Shown: positions 17,026 to 25,200 of the stretch, one piece after another
How positions within the stretch are numbered: position 1 is the stretch's first letter
How the letters are laid out: every line of letters begins with the position of its first letter
IMG/VR virus record: IMGVR_UViG_3300031227_000241
Location: 1 to 32,257 of that record
DNA length: 32,257 nucleotides
DNA from: a virus
Taxonomy: Duplodnaviria; Caudoviricetes
Strand: one strand, 5' to 3'
The notes under the pieces: generated by a model
The model's input: the letters and a program-made list of their open reading frames with translations, nothing else
The model's database searches: none
Told to the model about the DNA's origin: nothing
Translations under genes and position numbers: made by a program

Positions 17026-19279
17026 CCTGCGTCACCACCTCAGAGAATAGGTCGAGCGGCTTTGCTGCGTTCTGCGCTGCGTATAGATTGTTCACAGCCA
17101 CCGCATAGTATTCCGGCTTCAGTTCAATTCCGACGAACTCACGGCCATGCTCGATCGCTACATAGCCGGTCGATCCAATCCCAGCGAACGGGTCAAGGAT
17201 CAAGTCGCCTGGATTGCTCCACAACTTCACGCACCGTTCGATTGTCTCGAGCTGTAGTGGGCAGATATGGCGCTCATCTTTCTCTGTCCTAGCTACTCGC
17301 ACATTCAGCGTATGCGTCTCTCGGATGTTATACCATATTGGCCTTGCCCATTCGATCCAAGTGTTGTTGTCCATCTCGCCGGATTCAACAGGAGTAACAG
17401 GCATCACGTTGTCTCCAGGCTTCTTGAATACTAGCACGTAATCTGCCAACGCAGGACGGAGAGCAGATGAGTCCTTGTTGAGCGTAACGAACATCAGCGA
17501 CTTAGCTTTCGTGCGGATTGCCTGCGCCTGAGGATCTTTGTCTATACACACCTCGCCATAATACTGCCATCCACGATCGTCAAACGCTCTGATAACGTCG
17601 CCACGAAAGTCCTTCAAGCCGATGTAGCCGTCATGGATCTTCGTCGCTGGAACCTGGGCAACGTGGACAGCGCAGTTGCGGCCAGGTGCAGTCACCCTCA
17701 ATAGCTCATCGATGATGTATTGGAAGTGAGTGAAGAACTCAGTAGGCGTCTTGCTGTTCCCGAGATCTCTTTCAGTCGGACTATACGTATACAGCGATAA
17801 AAATGGAGGAGAGAATACGGATAAACCAACGCTATCCGTGTCAACTTCTCTCATACGCTCAACGCTATCTCCTAGCTTGATCCGCCATCCATCGCCAATC
17901 TCCTCGGATTCAGCGTAGTGAAATTCAACAGCAGACGCTTCCTCGATCTCGTCTTTCTCGTATTGCTGGACGTTCTTGATGAGTTCTTCAGTCATGGCTT
18001 TTGCTTGTCCTTCCTTTCGCATCACGTTAGCGAAGATGTCTTTCTCGATGTCAGCGAGCACGATCTTGACATTGACTGGCTTTGTTTGCCCGAAGCGATA
18101 GCATCTGCGGATCGCCTGATAGTACGATTCCCATGAGTCGGACAGGCCAACGAATAGCATATTGTGGCAGTTCTGGAAGTTCATTCCGAACCCGGCTATC
18201 TTCGGCTTTGTAACAAGAACGCGAATCCTGCCATCTTGGAACGCTTCGAGCTGGTCGCTCTTGTAATCCAGCGAGTCGCTGCCTTGAACCTCAACAGCGC
18301 CAGCAATTGCCTTTGCTATTGCGTGGCTTTCATCGTTCAACCCGCACCATACTATCCATTGTTCATCACTATCGTTCACCATCTGAGCAGCAGCCTCGAC
18401 CTTTGCTCCGATAGTTTCGCGTCTTACTTTCGCCCTGTCCTGAATCCCCTTGAGTTCATCAAGGAACAATCTCCCACTAGGAACGTATCCAGCATCAACA
18501 TAGAGAGGTTCGATCGTCAATGGAGGGAGCGCGAATCCGTCATCGTCATATCCAAGATCCGATGGAAGTCGAACGCTCATACCCCACGATGCCATCCATT
18601 TGTAGAACGACTCACGAGCGTGCCCCTTAATCCTCCATCCTTGCGCGTTCTTCTTATTTGATTCGTGGACGAAGAAACATGCCAGCATATCAACTCGAGA
18701 CATGATGCCAAGGAACTCAGCATGATTCGCAATCTCAGCGATGTCATTTGGGGCTGGTGTCGCAGTACAGCATAGGCGATAAGGAACATCTGCGAACATC
18801 TCGCACAACTTCACTCGCGTCTTTCCGTCTAGCGATTTCAGAATACTAGATTCATCCAGCACAACAGCGCCGAATTGAGACGCATCAAACTTGTCTATCA
18901 TCTCATAGTTTGTGATGTAGATACCGTGTCCGTCTGGTTGTTCTCTGACGTACTGGACTTCAACGTCGATCTTCTTTGCCTCACGAACTGTCTGCCTGGC
19001 CACACTCAGAGGCGCAACGATTAGCGTATTGCATCCAGTCAACCGCGCCCACTCTACCTGAATGAACGTCTTGCCTAGCCCAGTGTCTGCGAAGACGGCA
19101 GCTCTGCCCTTACGGATAGCCCATCTCGTGAGATCGCGCTGGAACGGGAATAGGAATGCGTTTATCTCGCTGTCATCAACAGCTCTCCCGCTTGAGCGAA
19201 ACTGTATCCTCTTCGAGTCTAGGAACGCGACATATTCTCGCGTCGAGAGTTCGCTCTTTTGTCCAACTTCGGCAACCAT
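17015..19279 (-). CDS. SNF2-like SF2 helicase fused to a beta-class N4/N6 DNA methyltransferase
   Basis: DTGLGKT, LDESS, CTATP, GFGMNFQ, QAIRRCYRFGQ; then FSPPF, HICPLQ, ILDPFAGIGST. Confidence 0.92.
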   Translation of the reverse strand: MVAEVGQKSELSTREYVAFLDSKRIQFRSSGRAVDDSEINAFLFPFQRDLTRWAIRKGRAAVFADTGLGKTFIQVEWARLTGCNTLIVAPLSVARQTVREAKKIDVEVQYVREQPDGHGIYITNYEMIDKFDASQFGAVVLDESSILKSLDGKTRVKLCEMFADVPYRLCCTATPAPNDIAEIANHAEFLGIMSRVDMLACFFVHESNKKNAQGWRIKGHARESFYKWMASWGMSVRLPSDLGYDDDGFALPPLTIEPLYVDAGYVPSGRLFLDELKGIQDRAKVRRETIGAKVEAAAQMVNDSDEQWIVWCGLNDESHAIAKAIAGAVEVQGSDSLDYKSDQLEAFQDGRIRVLVTKPKIAGFGMNFQNCHNMLFVGLSDSWESYYQAIRRCYRFGQTKPVNVKIVLADIEKDIFANVMRKEGQAKAMTEELIKNVQQYEKDEIEEASAVEFHYAESEEIGDGWRIKLGDSVERMREVDTDSVGLSVFSPPFLSLYTYSPTERDLGNSKTPTEFFTHFQYIIDELLRVTAPGRNCAVHVAQVPATKIHDGYIGLKDFRGDVIRAFDDRGWQYYGEVCIDKDPQAQAIRTKAKSLMFVTLNKDSSALRPALADYVLVFKKPGDNVMPVTPVESGEMDNNTWIEWARPIWYNIRETHTLNVRVARTEKDERHICPLQLETIERCVKLWSNPGDLILDPFAGIGSTGYVAIEHGREFVGIELKPEYYAVAVNNLYAAQNAAKPLDLFSEVVTQDAG

Positions 19280-19318
19280 TCTACCTCCTTGCTCGCTACA
19301 TTATATCCGATCTCACGT

Positions 19319-19624
19319 CTAGGATGAAGTTTCAGCGGCGTCCGCATCCTGCTTGATCGTCGTTTTCATCGTCGCCTCATCGAAACTCACGTATCCCTTT
19401 GCGCACCATCTCATCATATCGAATAGCGCATCGTACAAGGACTGCGCAGCGACATCGTTCACGCCGAAGTATATATCCTTGCCAGCGACGCCATCGCACA
19501 GAGACACGTGCCACCGCCCTTTCGTTGACTGGCATAACTCGAACTCAGTAATCAGCATACACGCCTTCTCGAACTCAGCACCAACAGGAACAATCTCAAC
19601 CCATATCCCGTTAATCATCAGCAT
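19319..19624 (-). CDS. Hypothetical protein
   Basis: 101 aa; GGAGG RBS. Confidence 0.55.
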   Translation of the reverse strand: MLMINGIWVEIVPVGAEFEKACMLITEFELCQSTKGRWHVSLCDGVAGKDIYFGVNDVAAQSLYDALFDMMRWCAKGYVSFDEATMKTTIKQDADAAETSS

Positions 19625-19826
19625 CCTCCCTCGCGTTGATCTCGTCGCACAGATCGACAGCCGTTCGCAGCCGAGCCGTGTTCACTCCGATGTCCGTCGT
19701 GTCCGATCGTCTAGTCTCTGCCATCTTGACTGAGCCACCGAACGAGCTGAGAATCAACAGCGCCACCTCTAGCGTGCCAACGTACTCCACCAATTCTGCT
19801 TTCTTCATCTGGTCAATCGCTTGCAT
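19611..19826 (-). CDS. Hypothetical protein
   Basis: 71 aa; AAGGAGG RBS; TAATG overlap. Confidence 0.55.
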   Translation of the reverse strand: MQAIDQMKKAELVEYVGTLEVALLILSSFGGSVKMAETRRSDTTDIGVNTARLRTAVDLCDEINAREDADD

Positions 19827-20692
19827 TATGCCTCCTTACCGCCTCTCACGTATCGCCCTTTGATCAGAGCGAATGCCTCTGCCACATCTGGAGTAACTTG
19901 CAGAAAACCAAGATACTTTGTCTTGCCAGTCTCCTCATCTAGCTGCCAATAATGCGCTCTGTTCGTTTTCCTCTTAGTCCTAACCTTGTCCACCTCAGCC
20001 CAGAACTCAGGCAGTTTCGCCGTCAATCCCATCAGCCGCTCCACATCATCTTCTGGAATCTTCCTAAGCGCGTCGATGGCGTTGATGTCCAAGCCCCTCA
20101 CCGAATCCATCTCCTCGGAATTAAGCCAATCGCCGATAGGAAATAGCCCTAACGCCTCTGAGAATGGAAGTCCAATGAGAGTGAGGAACGTGCGGAAGCT
20201 CGCCTTGACGCCAAACTGTGCTACCTCTGGGCATACACGGAACAGCTCAGGGGTCTTCTTGCTTGGACGGAAGTGGGCGATGGACTTAGCTAAATCGAAC
20301 TCTGCCTCGTTGCGACGGCGTAGTGCGTCAACCAACAACGGATACTCCTCGACGGCAGCTCTCCACGCTGGCCACTGATGGAAGAATATCTGATCGTGCG
20401 AAATGCGTCGGCGCTCCTCATCGACCAGCTCAAGCACGCCTGCGCTGCGTGAGAACTCTACGATAAGCGGCTGGTTGTGGCCTGAGCGACCGTCGAGTCT
20501 ATCGTGACACGCCTTGCAGCCAAACAGAAGCACGTCTGGATCGTTGCAGTCTGCGTCTTCAGGCATCCCGCCGTGGCCTTGGTGCTGAGTGTGGACGATC
20601 ATTGAGCCTTCGGTTGGCGTATCGTGAAAAAGTTCACAATATCCGCCAGACTCTTTGATGACTTTCTTACGTGCGTCTGCGCTAACGGGCAT
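19826..20692 (-). CDS. N-terminal HNH-like domain with uncharacterised helical C-terminus
   Basis: RKKVIKESGGYCE...VHTQHQGHGG...NDPDVLLFGCKACHD. Confidence 0.6.
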   Translation of the reverse strand: MPVSADARKKVIKESGGYCELFHDTPTEGSMIVHTQHQGHGGMPEDADCNDPDVLLFGCKACHDRLDGRSGHNQPLIVEFSRSAGVLELVDEERRRISHDQIFFHQWPAWRAAVEEYPLLVDALRRRNEAEFDLAKSIAHFRPSKKTPELFRVCPEVAQFGVKASFRTFLTLIGLPFSEALGLFPIGDWLNSEEMDSVRGLDINAIDALRKIPEDDVERLMGLTAKLPEFWAEVDKVRTKRKTNRAHYWQLDEETGKTKYLGFLQVTPDVAEAFALIKGRYVRGGKEA

Positions 20693-20886
20693 TAGCGGCC
20701 TTGCCTAAGATCGGACAGCGCACGAGTCAGATCCATGCTAGATCTCCTAGTGGCAGCAGTCTCTTTTGTGTCCCAATAAGCGTATCCATATTCTGTCTTG
20801 GTAGGGCTATGCTTGCAACGCTTAGCCTTCTTCAGAAACCTCTCGGCCTCGAATATCGCTGCGTCTAGCATTACCATTTCCATCAC
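20692..20886 (-). CDS. Phage hypothetical protein
   Basis: EAERFL...AATRRSSMDLTRALSDLR; GGAGGCGTGATG start. Confidence 0.6.
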   Translation of the reverse strand: MMEMVMLDAAIFEAERFLKKAKRCKHSPTKTEYGYAYWDTKETAATRRSSMDLTRALSDLRQGR

Positions 20887-20996
20887 GCCTCCTTGCTCAT
20901 CTTATCGCGCAACGCCTGACGGATCGTGTCGTTCTTGTTCTCCCTTGATTCCAGATAGGCGATTACGTCTAAGCTGGTATTGTCACTGATTGCCAT
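20883..20996 (-). CDS. 37 aa RHH-like fragment/paralogue
   Basis: MAISDNTSLDVIAYLESRENKNDTIRQALRDKMSKEA; AGGAG RBS. Confidence 0.45.
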   Translation of the reverse strand: MAISDNTSLDVIAYLESRENKNDTIRQALRDKMSKEA

Positions 20997-21207
20997 TATC
21001 GTGCTCCTGTTGTGCCTCTATCTCTCTGTCAATCTCAGCCTGTATCATGCGGTCAATGTCAACTTGTATGGCTCTCTCTTCCTCGTATGCCTGCCACTTG
21101 CCCTGTTCCTCATCGCACTGCCGACACGGATACTCATGAGGTTCATTCGGATGCACCTCGCAGTGGCCACGCCTTAGAGGTGTTCCATAGATTGAATAGG
21201 CCATCAT
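20983..21207 (-). CDS. Cys/His small protein
   Basis: HCEVHP..HEYPCRQC then acidic helix; start re-placed at MMAYS. Confidence 0.55.
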   Translation of the reverse strand: MMAYSIYGTPLRRGHCEVHPNEPHEYPCRQCDEEQGKWQAYEEERAIQVDIDRMIQAEIDREIEAQQEHDNGNQ

Positions 21208-21214
21208 GCCTCTA

Positions 21215-21364
21215 TCATTTCTCTTGCTCCATCTGTGCCCTAAGCGCACGTTTCATCGCGCCGTTCATGCTATCGCTATCGCTGTGTTTCTTCTTCTCAA
21301 GGTACTCAACAATGTCGGCATCGTTCTCGTCGTGTAGTTGCAGAGTGAATCGTTCTACTGCCAT
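21215..21364 (-). CDS. Ribbon-helix-helix-like regulator (49 aa)
   Basis: MAVERFTLQLHDENDADIVEYLEKK...MNGAMKRALRAQM; GGGAGG RBS; own promoter. Confidence 0.6.
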   Translation of the reverse strand: MAVERFTLQLHDENDADIVEYLEKKKHSDSDSMNGAMKRALRAQMEQEK

Positions 21365-21385
21365 GTTTCCTCCCTTGCATACCTA

Positions 21386-21414
21386 ATCATATCACACTGC
21401 ACAACGATAGTCAA
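21386..21414 (-). promoter_or_regulatory. Strong sigma70-type promoter
   Basis: TTGACT-17 nt-TATGAT with TGn extension. Confidence 0.7.
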
Positions 21415-21644
21415 ACGCCAAACGAGAGCTGCCCCGTCTTATTCAAGCTCCACTGCGCACGCGACTTCTTCTCGCCCCGCTCTGTCTCCCAGTAGATCGT
21501 CTCAGTCTCGATCGGATAGCCGTCATGACGCAGCTCGGTGATACGCGCACCGCCCTCGATGCAGCCGAAGCGGTTCAAGCAGTCAAGACGTGATAGCTTG
21601 TCGCCGTTCTGTAGCGCCGCTAGGATGTCAGACTTCTGGGACAT
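21411..21644 (-). CDS. Winged HTH protein (HTH_39-like)
   Basis: MSQKSDILAALQNGDKLSRLD...ARITELRHDGYPIET; start re-placed. Confidence 0.75.
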   Translation of the reverse strand: MSQKSDILAALQNGDKLSRLDCLNRFGCIEGGARITELRHDGYPIETETIYWETERGEKKSRAQWSLNKTGQLSFGV

Positions 21645-21909
21645 CAGACGCCTCCTTGATAGCGAGTTCAGACAGCGCATAGGTCGGCAAGCATGGGAGA
21701 TCTGCCTTAGCAAATAGCCCGATTGCGCCCTCTGCTGCGTACCAGAAATGGCCTTCACCGACAATCATCAATCCATTGTTTCTTCCTGCTCGCCTTACAT
21801 TGACAAGAACTAACGATGGTTTCTCTGATGTCTCACCGAATTTCCATCCGTAGAACCACCACGAACCGATTTCGTCCGGCCAATCTGTGGACCACTCCGC
21901 TTTCATCAT
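21628..21909 (-). CDS. Trp-rich hypothetical protein
   Basis: WSTDWPDEIGSWWFYG; GGAGG RBS. Confidence 0.6.
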   Translation of the reverse strand: MMKAEWSTDWPDEIGSWWFYGWKFGETSEKPSLVLVNVRRAGRNNGLMIVGEGHFWYAAEGAIGLFAKADLPCLPTYALSELAIKEASDVPEV

Positions 21910-21916
21910 CGCCTCC

Positions 21917-22351
21917 TCACGCTATCCTCATTCCGTTCGTACCTTCGCGCACCATCGCTGGCTGCCTACGTGGTTTCAGATACGCCCCATCCACCTGCCT
22001 GAATATGCGAGTATCAATCACGCCCTCGACGTCCTTGAACCTGTATACGTCGCTTGTCATCTTCTCTATGTGCGCATCGGACGGCCAGCCCGGCAAGCTA
22101 TCAGCCCACTTGACAAGCTTTCGTGTCTCATCAGCTTTGCTCGGGCGCTGTGCTTTCTTGAACGCTTTATTCTTGGCAACGTAAGCCTCGACTTGTGACT
22201 TCAGGAACAGCAGCCTCACGCCGCCGCAAGCATGAGGGCGGGCAACTCGCAACACATCCCATCCATGCGACCTCGCGCGATCTCTGGCATGGCTAAGAGA
22301 GCACCCCATCATCTGCGCGGCTTCGGCTGTGCCTATGCGTTCGTCAGGCAT
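21917..22351 (-). CDS. MerR/excisionase-like HTH protein
   Basis: IGTAEAAQMMGCS...LFLKSQVEAY; start MPDER after GAGGAG. Confidence 0.6.
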   Translation of the reverse strand: MPDERIGTAEAAQMMGCSLSHARDRARSHGWDVLRVARPHACGGVRLLFLKSQVEAYVAKNKAFKKAQRPSKADETRKLVKWADSLPGWPSDAHIEKMTSDVYRFKDVEGVIDTRIFRQVDGAYLKPRRQPAMVREGTNGMRIA

Positions 22352-22583
22352 CGTTCTCCTCAAGCATCTCGCACGCGGCTGCGTACTGTGCCAGCATATC
22401 GCTAGGCGTCATCGACTCTGGATTGTCCCACATCATGTGGAGCGCATCACGAATCGGTCGTAGCTTCGCGGCGATGATTGGCGCATAATAAGCAACCTCT
22501 TCCTCTCTATCTCTGATTGTCGGTATATCGCCATGGAATGTTCCGTCATACAACGCCCCAGCAATCTCATCAGCTATCTTCAT
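22344..22583 (-). CDS. Hypothetical protein
   Basis: Start MKIADE at a GGAGGCGTGATG junction. Confidence 0.55.
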   Translation of the reverse strand: MKIADEIAGALYDGTFHGDIPTIRDREEEVAYYAPIIAAKLRPIRDALHMMWDNPESMTPSDMLAQYAAACEMLEENDA

Positions 22584-22831
22584 CACGCCTCCTTGTACAA
22601 ATACGTTGCCTTCTCTTCGTCCGATAGCACCTTGAACCGCCCCCACATATCCCAGAAGCCACGCGGCCAATTCTTGCGTACAGCGTGGTCAGATCTGCGC
22701 AGTGGGAACGGACCGAAATTACTATGCACCTCGAACAGGTATCCGTCGTACTCGTAGATCGGATGGAAGCCACAAACGAAGCCATCAGGTACGCCGGGTT
22801 TGTCGCTCTTCAGTCGTAGGCACGGCATCAT
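22583..22831 (-). CDS. Hypothetical protein
   Basis: 82 aa; coupled to the initiator stop. Confidence 0.55.
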   Translation of the reverse strand: MMPCLRLKSDKPGVPDGFVCGFHPIYEYDGYLFEVHSNFGPFPLRRSDHAVRKNWPRGFWDMWGRFKVLSDEEKATYLYKEA

Positions 22832-23652
22832 TCCTCCTTCTTCTTTCTAGCGTTCTCGTAATAATCCGAGCCGCGCTTACAGCTATTCGTTACTGTACCG
22901 CTACCGTTGCCAGATGGCGCATCCTTCCAGTCTTCCCAGTGGCGGTCAGGACCAAGGAACGTCGCGGGCTGCTTGATGAACTTCGGCTCTGTCTTCTCTT
23001 GCTCGCAGAACATCCGGTAATGCTTAGCCGCCTCGATCAGCACGGCGAACTCGATAGGACGGTGACCGCCATCTCCCGGCCTCCCGACGAACGTGGTTGT
23101 ATGCCACGCCTTCTTAGCAGCTACCTTGCCAACGCCTCGCTTCATGGCTTTGAACTCGTTCCAGAATTGCTCGAAGTCTTCGCCATCATTTGGAAGCGGT
23201 TCTTCCTTATGCTGATCCTGTTCCTTTCTCTGTTCCTGTTCCTTGTGGTATACGGCCCCGATAGGGTATCGATAGGGTATATCTAATTCTGAGTACCGTT
23301 CGAGGAAAGCGCCTATCAATGGGCTGTTGTGCAAATCAAGTAGGTACTTCTCGATATTCCTCAGCAGCTTGATGGAATGGCTCTGATACTCGAACATATT
23401 CACCACCCAAATTAGCTCGGATAGGGTATCCGCCATAACGATCTCAGCACCGGATAGGGTATCGATACCCTTTCCAACATCTGCCAATCTGATACCAGTC
23501 TCATGGCTTACCGTTGTATTTGGCATGTAGTACAGTCCTGAGAAGTGCGCGTGTGGTGATGTGATGAAGTACAGGAAGAGCAGTTTGTTGGTTGTACTTA
23601 GTTGGCGAACCTTTGGATCTGTCCAAAACTTCGCATCGATAGTTCGATACAT
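22828..23652 (-). CDS. Replication initiator/replisome organiser
   Basis: MYRTIDAKFWTDPKV...KLLFLYFITSPH..SGLY N-terminus; FEQFW..GKVAAKKAW..FIKQPATFL C-terminus; internal iterons. Confidence 0.8.
   Translation of the reverse strand: MYRTIDAKFWTDPKVRQLSTTNKLLFLYFITSPHAHFSGLYYMPNTTVSHETGIRLADVGKGIDTLSGAEIVMADTLSELIWVVNMFEYQSHSIKLLRNIEKYLLDLHNSPLIGAFLERYSELDIPYRYPIGAVYHKEQEQRKEQDQHKEEPLPNDGEDFEQFWNEFKAMKRGVGKVAAKKAWHTTTFVGRPGDGGHRPIEFAVLIEAAKHYRMFCEQEKTEPKFIKQPATFLGPDRHWEDWKDAPSGNGSGTVTNSCKRGSDYYENARKKKEE
23260..23471. repeat. Iteron-like repeats GATAGGGTAT(C) x4; putative replication origin
   Basis: Copies at 23260, 23271, 23420, 23453; perfect palindrome AGGGTATCGATACCCT at 23456-23471. Confidence 0.7.
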
Positions 23653-23751
23653 TCTCTATCAGCTCCTCTTTGCGTAAGAGTGTGCGGGTGCGGCCTGTCC
23701 TCGCAAAGACAGGCACGAAGAGCGCCTAGGTACAAGCCGCCCCACTAACAG

Positions 23752-23780
23752 ATTGTAACAGATCACGCCGTTGAATCCAA
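23752..23780 (-). promoter_or_regulatory. Promoter for the replication initiator
   Basis: TTGGAT-17 nt-TACAAT with TGn; overlapped by ATCTGTTA repeats. Confidence 0.6.
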
Positions 23781-23807
23781 CTGTTAAGCAATCCTTAAGA
23801 GTTGCGT

Positions 23808-23839
23808 ATACCATTTTGTTGACGCCACCGAAAAGGTAT
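23808..23839. repeat. 32-bp imperfect palindrome
   Basis: ATACCATTTTGTTGAC|GCCACCGAAAAGGTAT; 12 of 16 positions complementary. Confidence 0.55.
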
Positions 23840-23970
23840 CACGCCTCCTCGTCTCCAACTTTACCACACGCAGGGCACACATAAGACGGGCCGAATTGAT
23901 TATCGCCAGGTACTTCTACGTCGCAGTCATCCAGGATCCACCTATTGCCGCACGTTTTGCACGTTACCAT
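23839..23970 (-). CDS. 43 aa zinc-ribbon protein
   Basis: MVTCKTCGNRW...VCPACG; GGAGGCGTGATG start. Confidence 0.65.
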   Translation of the reverse strand: MVTCKTCGNRWILDDCDVEVPGDNQFGPSYVCPACGKVGDEEA

Positions 23971-24292
23971 CACGCCTCCTCTCGATTACATCCTTGACAC
24001 ATCTTGCCCAGCCGATAGGATCTTTGCGAACCATGCCACCTGTTAGCTGGAAGATCGCCCAGCCTAGCTCCGTCGCATTGTTTCTCTTCTCATAGTCGTT
24101 AGCCATCCGAACGCCTCGGTTGTGCGCACCGTTGGCAAACTCGCCGCCGTCAATCTCAACGCCTACCTTCACGTCGACAGCCGCAAAGTCTAGTAGCCAT
24201 CTACGTTTGGGATAAAACTTGTACTGCTGAACCATCTCCACGTCGACAACCTTCAGAGCGAACGCGAATGCGGCTTCTAGTTTGCTAGGCAT
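23942..24292 (-). CDS. PD-(D/E)xK endonuclease (Vsr/DUF559-like)
   Basis: YKFYPKRRWLLDFA...VEIDGG...H.RG...DYEKRNNA..LGW. Confidence 0.82.
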   Translation of the reverse strand: MPSKLEAAFAFALKVVDVEMVQQYKFYPKRRWLLDFAAVDVKVGVEIDGGEFANGAHNRGVRMANDYEKRNNATELGWAIFQLTGGMVRKDPIGWARCVKDVIERRRDGNVQNVRQ

Positions 24293-24310
24293 ATCTCACT
24301 CCTAATCCAA

Positions 24311-24378
24311 GAGGCAGCCACCGCCCCGACACCTATGCCGTTTCGTTTGATTCGGGCCGAAGCCCACGATGGCTCCTC
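24311..24378 (-). ncRNA. Candidate structured RNA element
   Basis: Closing stem GAGGAGCCATCG/CGGTGGCTGCCTC enclosing GGGC-TTCG-GCCC and CGGCA-TAGG-TGTCG hairpins. Confidence 0.4.
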
Positions 24379-24385
24379 ATATCAA

Positions 24386-24577
24386 TCATTTCTTCGCGAT
24401 CTCAAACTTCATCGGCGTGTCCCTTCTAGGAGCCATCCACTTGACTCGCCGCACATTCAGCACCCATCGCCTTATCGTAGTGATTGGTATATTCATGTGA
24501 CGTCCTATTTCAGCATACGTCATGCCTTGTTCGTGCAGTTCTATTGCAGCACCACGGCGGCGTACTGAGTATCTCAT
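24386..24577 (-). CDS. HTH protein
   Basis: AIELHEQGMTYAEIGRHMNIPITTIRRWV. Confidence 0.75.
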   Translation of the reverse strand: MRYSVRRRGAAIELHEQGMTYAEIGRHMNIPITTIRRWVLNVRRVKWMAPRRDTPMKFEIAKK

Positions 24578-25005
24578 TTCATCAACCTTTCCACTTCCGC
24601 GAACCAGGCCGCCCGTGCCTCGTGCGCTCGCATATCTGCTTGGACGGCCTCAAGCCCTAAGCGGCTCAAAGTCTGGGTGTTGGCTACTTGTACTGGTTCA
24701 ACGTCCTCAGGCGGCTGCTGTGTATCTGACGGCTTCTCAGGAGCTAATCCCTTCGAGACTGCATAGAACGCGACGACGTGCCAACAGAGCTTCCGGGCGT
24801 CGCACGGGCACGTCGTGTTGAGGATCGACTTGTCGCCTGGATCGTCAACGTGCGGCTCGATGTGGACGCGGTATAAGGTGTCGGATGTACGCGACTTGAC
24901 ATCGGCCAATCTAGGGCTATCTGAGCTGATCGTCACGAGGTCGCGGACGTTTGGCGGCAGCTCGGGGATCTTGGCAAGTATAGCTGAGACTAGGACTTTC
25001 ATCAC
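24574..25005 (-). CDS. SWIM zinc-finger protein
   Basis: YRVHI...CPCDARKLCWHVVA (CxC-x4-CxH). Confidence 0.7.
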   Translation of the reverse strand: MMKVLVSAILAKIPELPPNVRDLVTISSDSPRLADVKSRTSDTLYRVHIEPHVDDPGDKSILNTTCPCDARKLCWHVVAFYAVSKGLAPEKPSDTQQPPEDVEPVQVANTQTLSRLGLEAVQADMRAHEARAAWFAEVERLMK

Positions 25006-25011
25006 GCCTCC

Positions 25012-25200
25012 TTAATCACACCACGACCAGCCACAGTACGGGCAAGCCATGATGTGCGTTGTCTCTGCTTCATCGAGCGTGTACTTGCTAGTCCATCGCT
25101 TACCACAGTTCACGCATTGCGAGTGCGCGAAGTGAGGAACGTCGTTCGCTTTGCAGTATCTACGCTGTGCAGCTATCTTGTCTTCGTGTTCACTCGTCAT
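25012..25200 (-). CDS. Cys-rich phage protein
   Basis: AQRRYC...PHFA..CVNC...ACPYCGWSWCD; start re-placed at MTSEH. Confidence 0.65.
   Translation of the reverse strand: MTSEHEDKIAAQRRYCKANDVPHFAHSQCVNCGKRWTSKYTLDEAETTHIMACPYCGWSWCD

Noticed and set aside
17015-19279. Complete restriction-modification or DISARM-type defence system
   Set aside because: No cognate restriction or accessory subunits are adjacent; the context is a phage operon
21917-22351. Excisionase as evidence of integration
   Set aside because: This HTH type is common among phage regulators, and no integrase or att site is seen
23260-23471. CRISPR-like array
   Set aside because: The repeats are only 10-11 nt, irregularly spaced and inside a CDS; iterons fit better
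24311-24378. Hammerhead ribozyme or c-di-GMP riboswitch identity for the structured element
   Set aside because: It has GAAAC but no CUGAnGA core or correct cleavage triplet, and lacks the c-di-GMP-I conserved architecture
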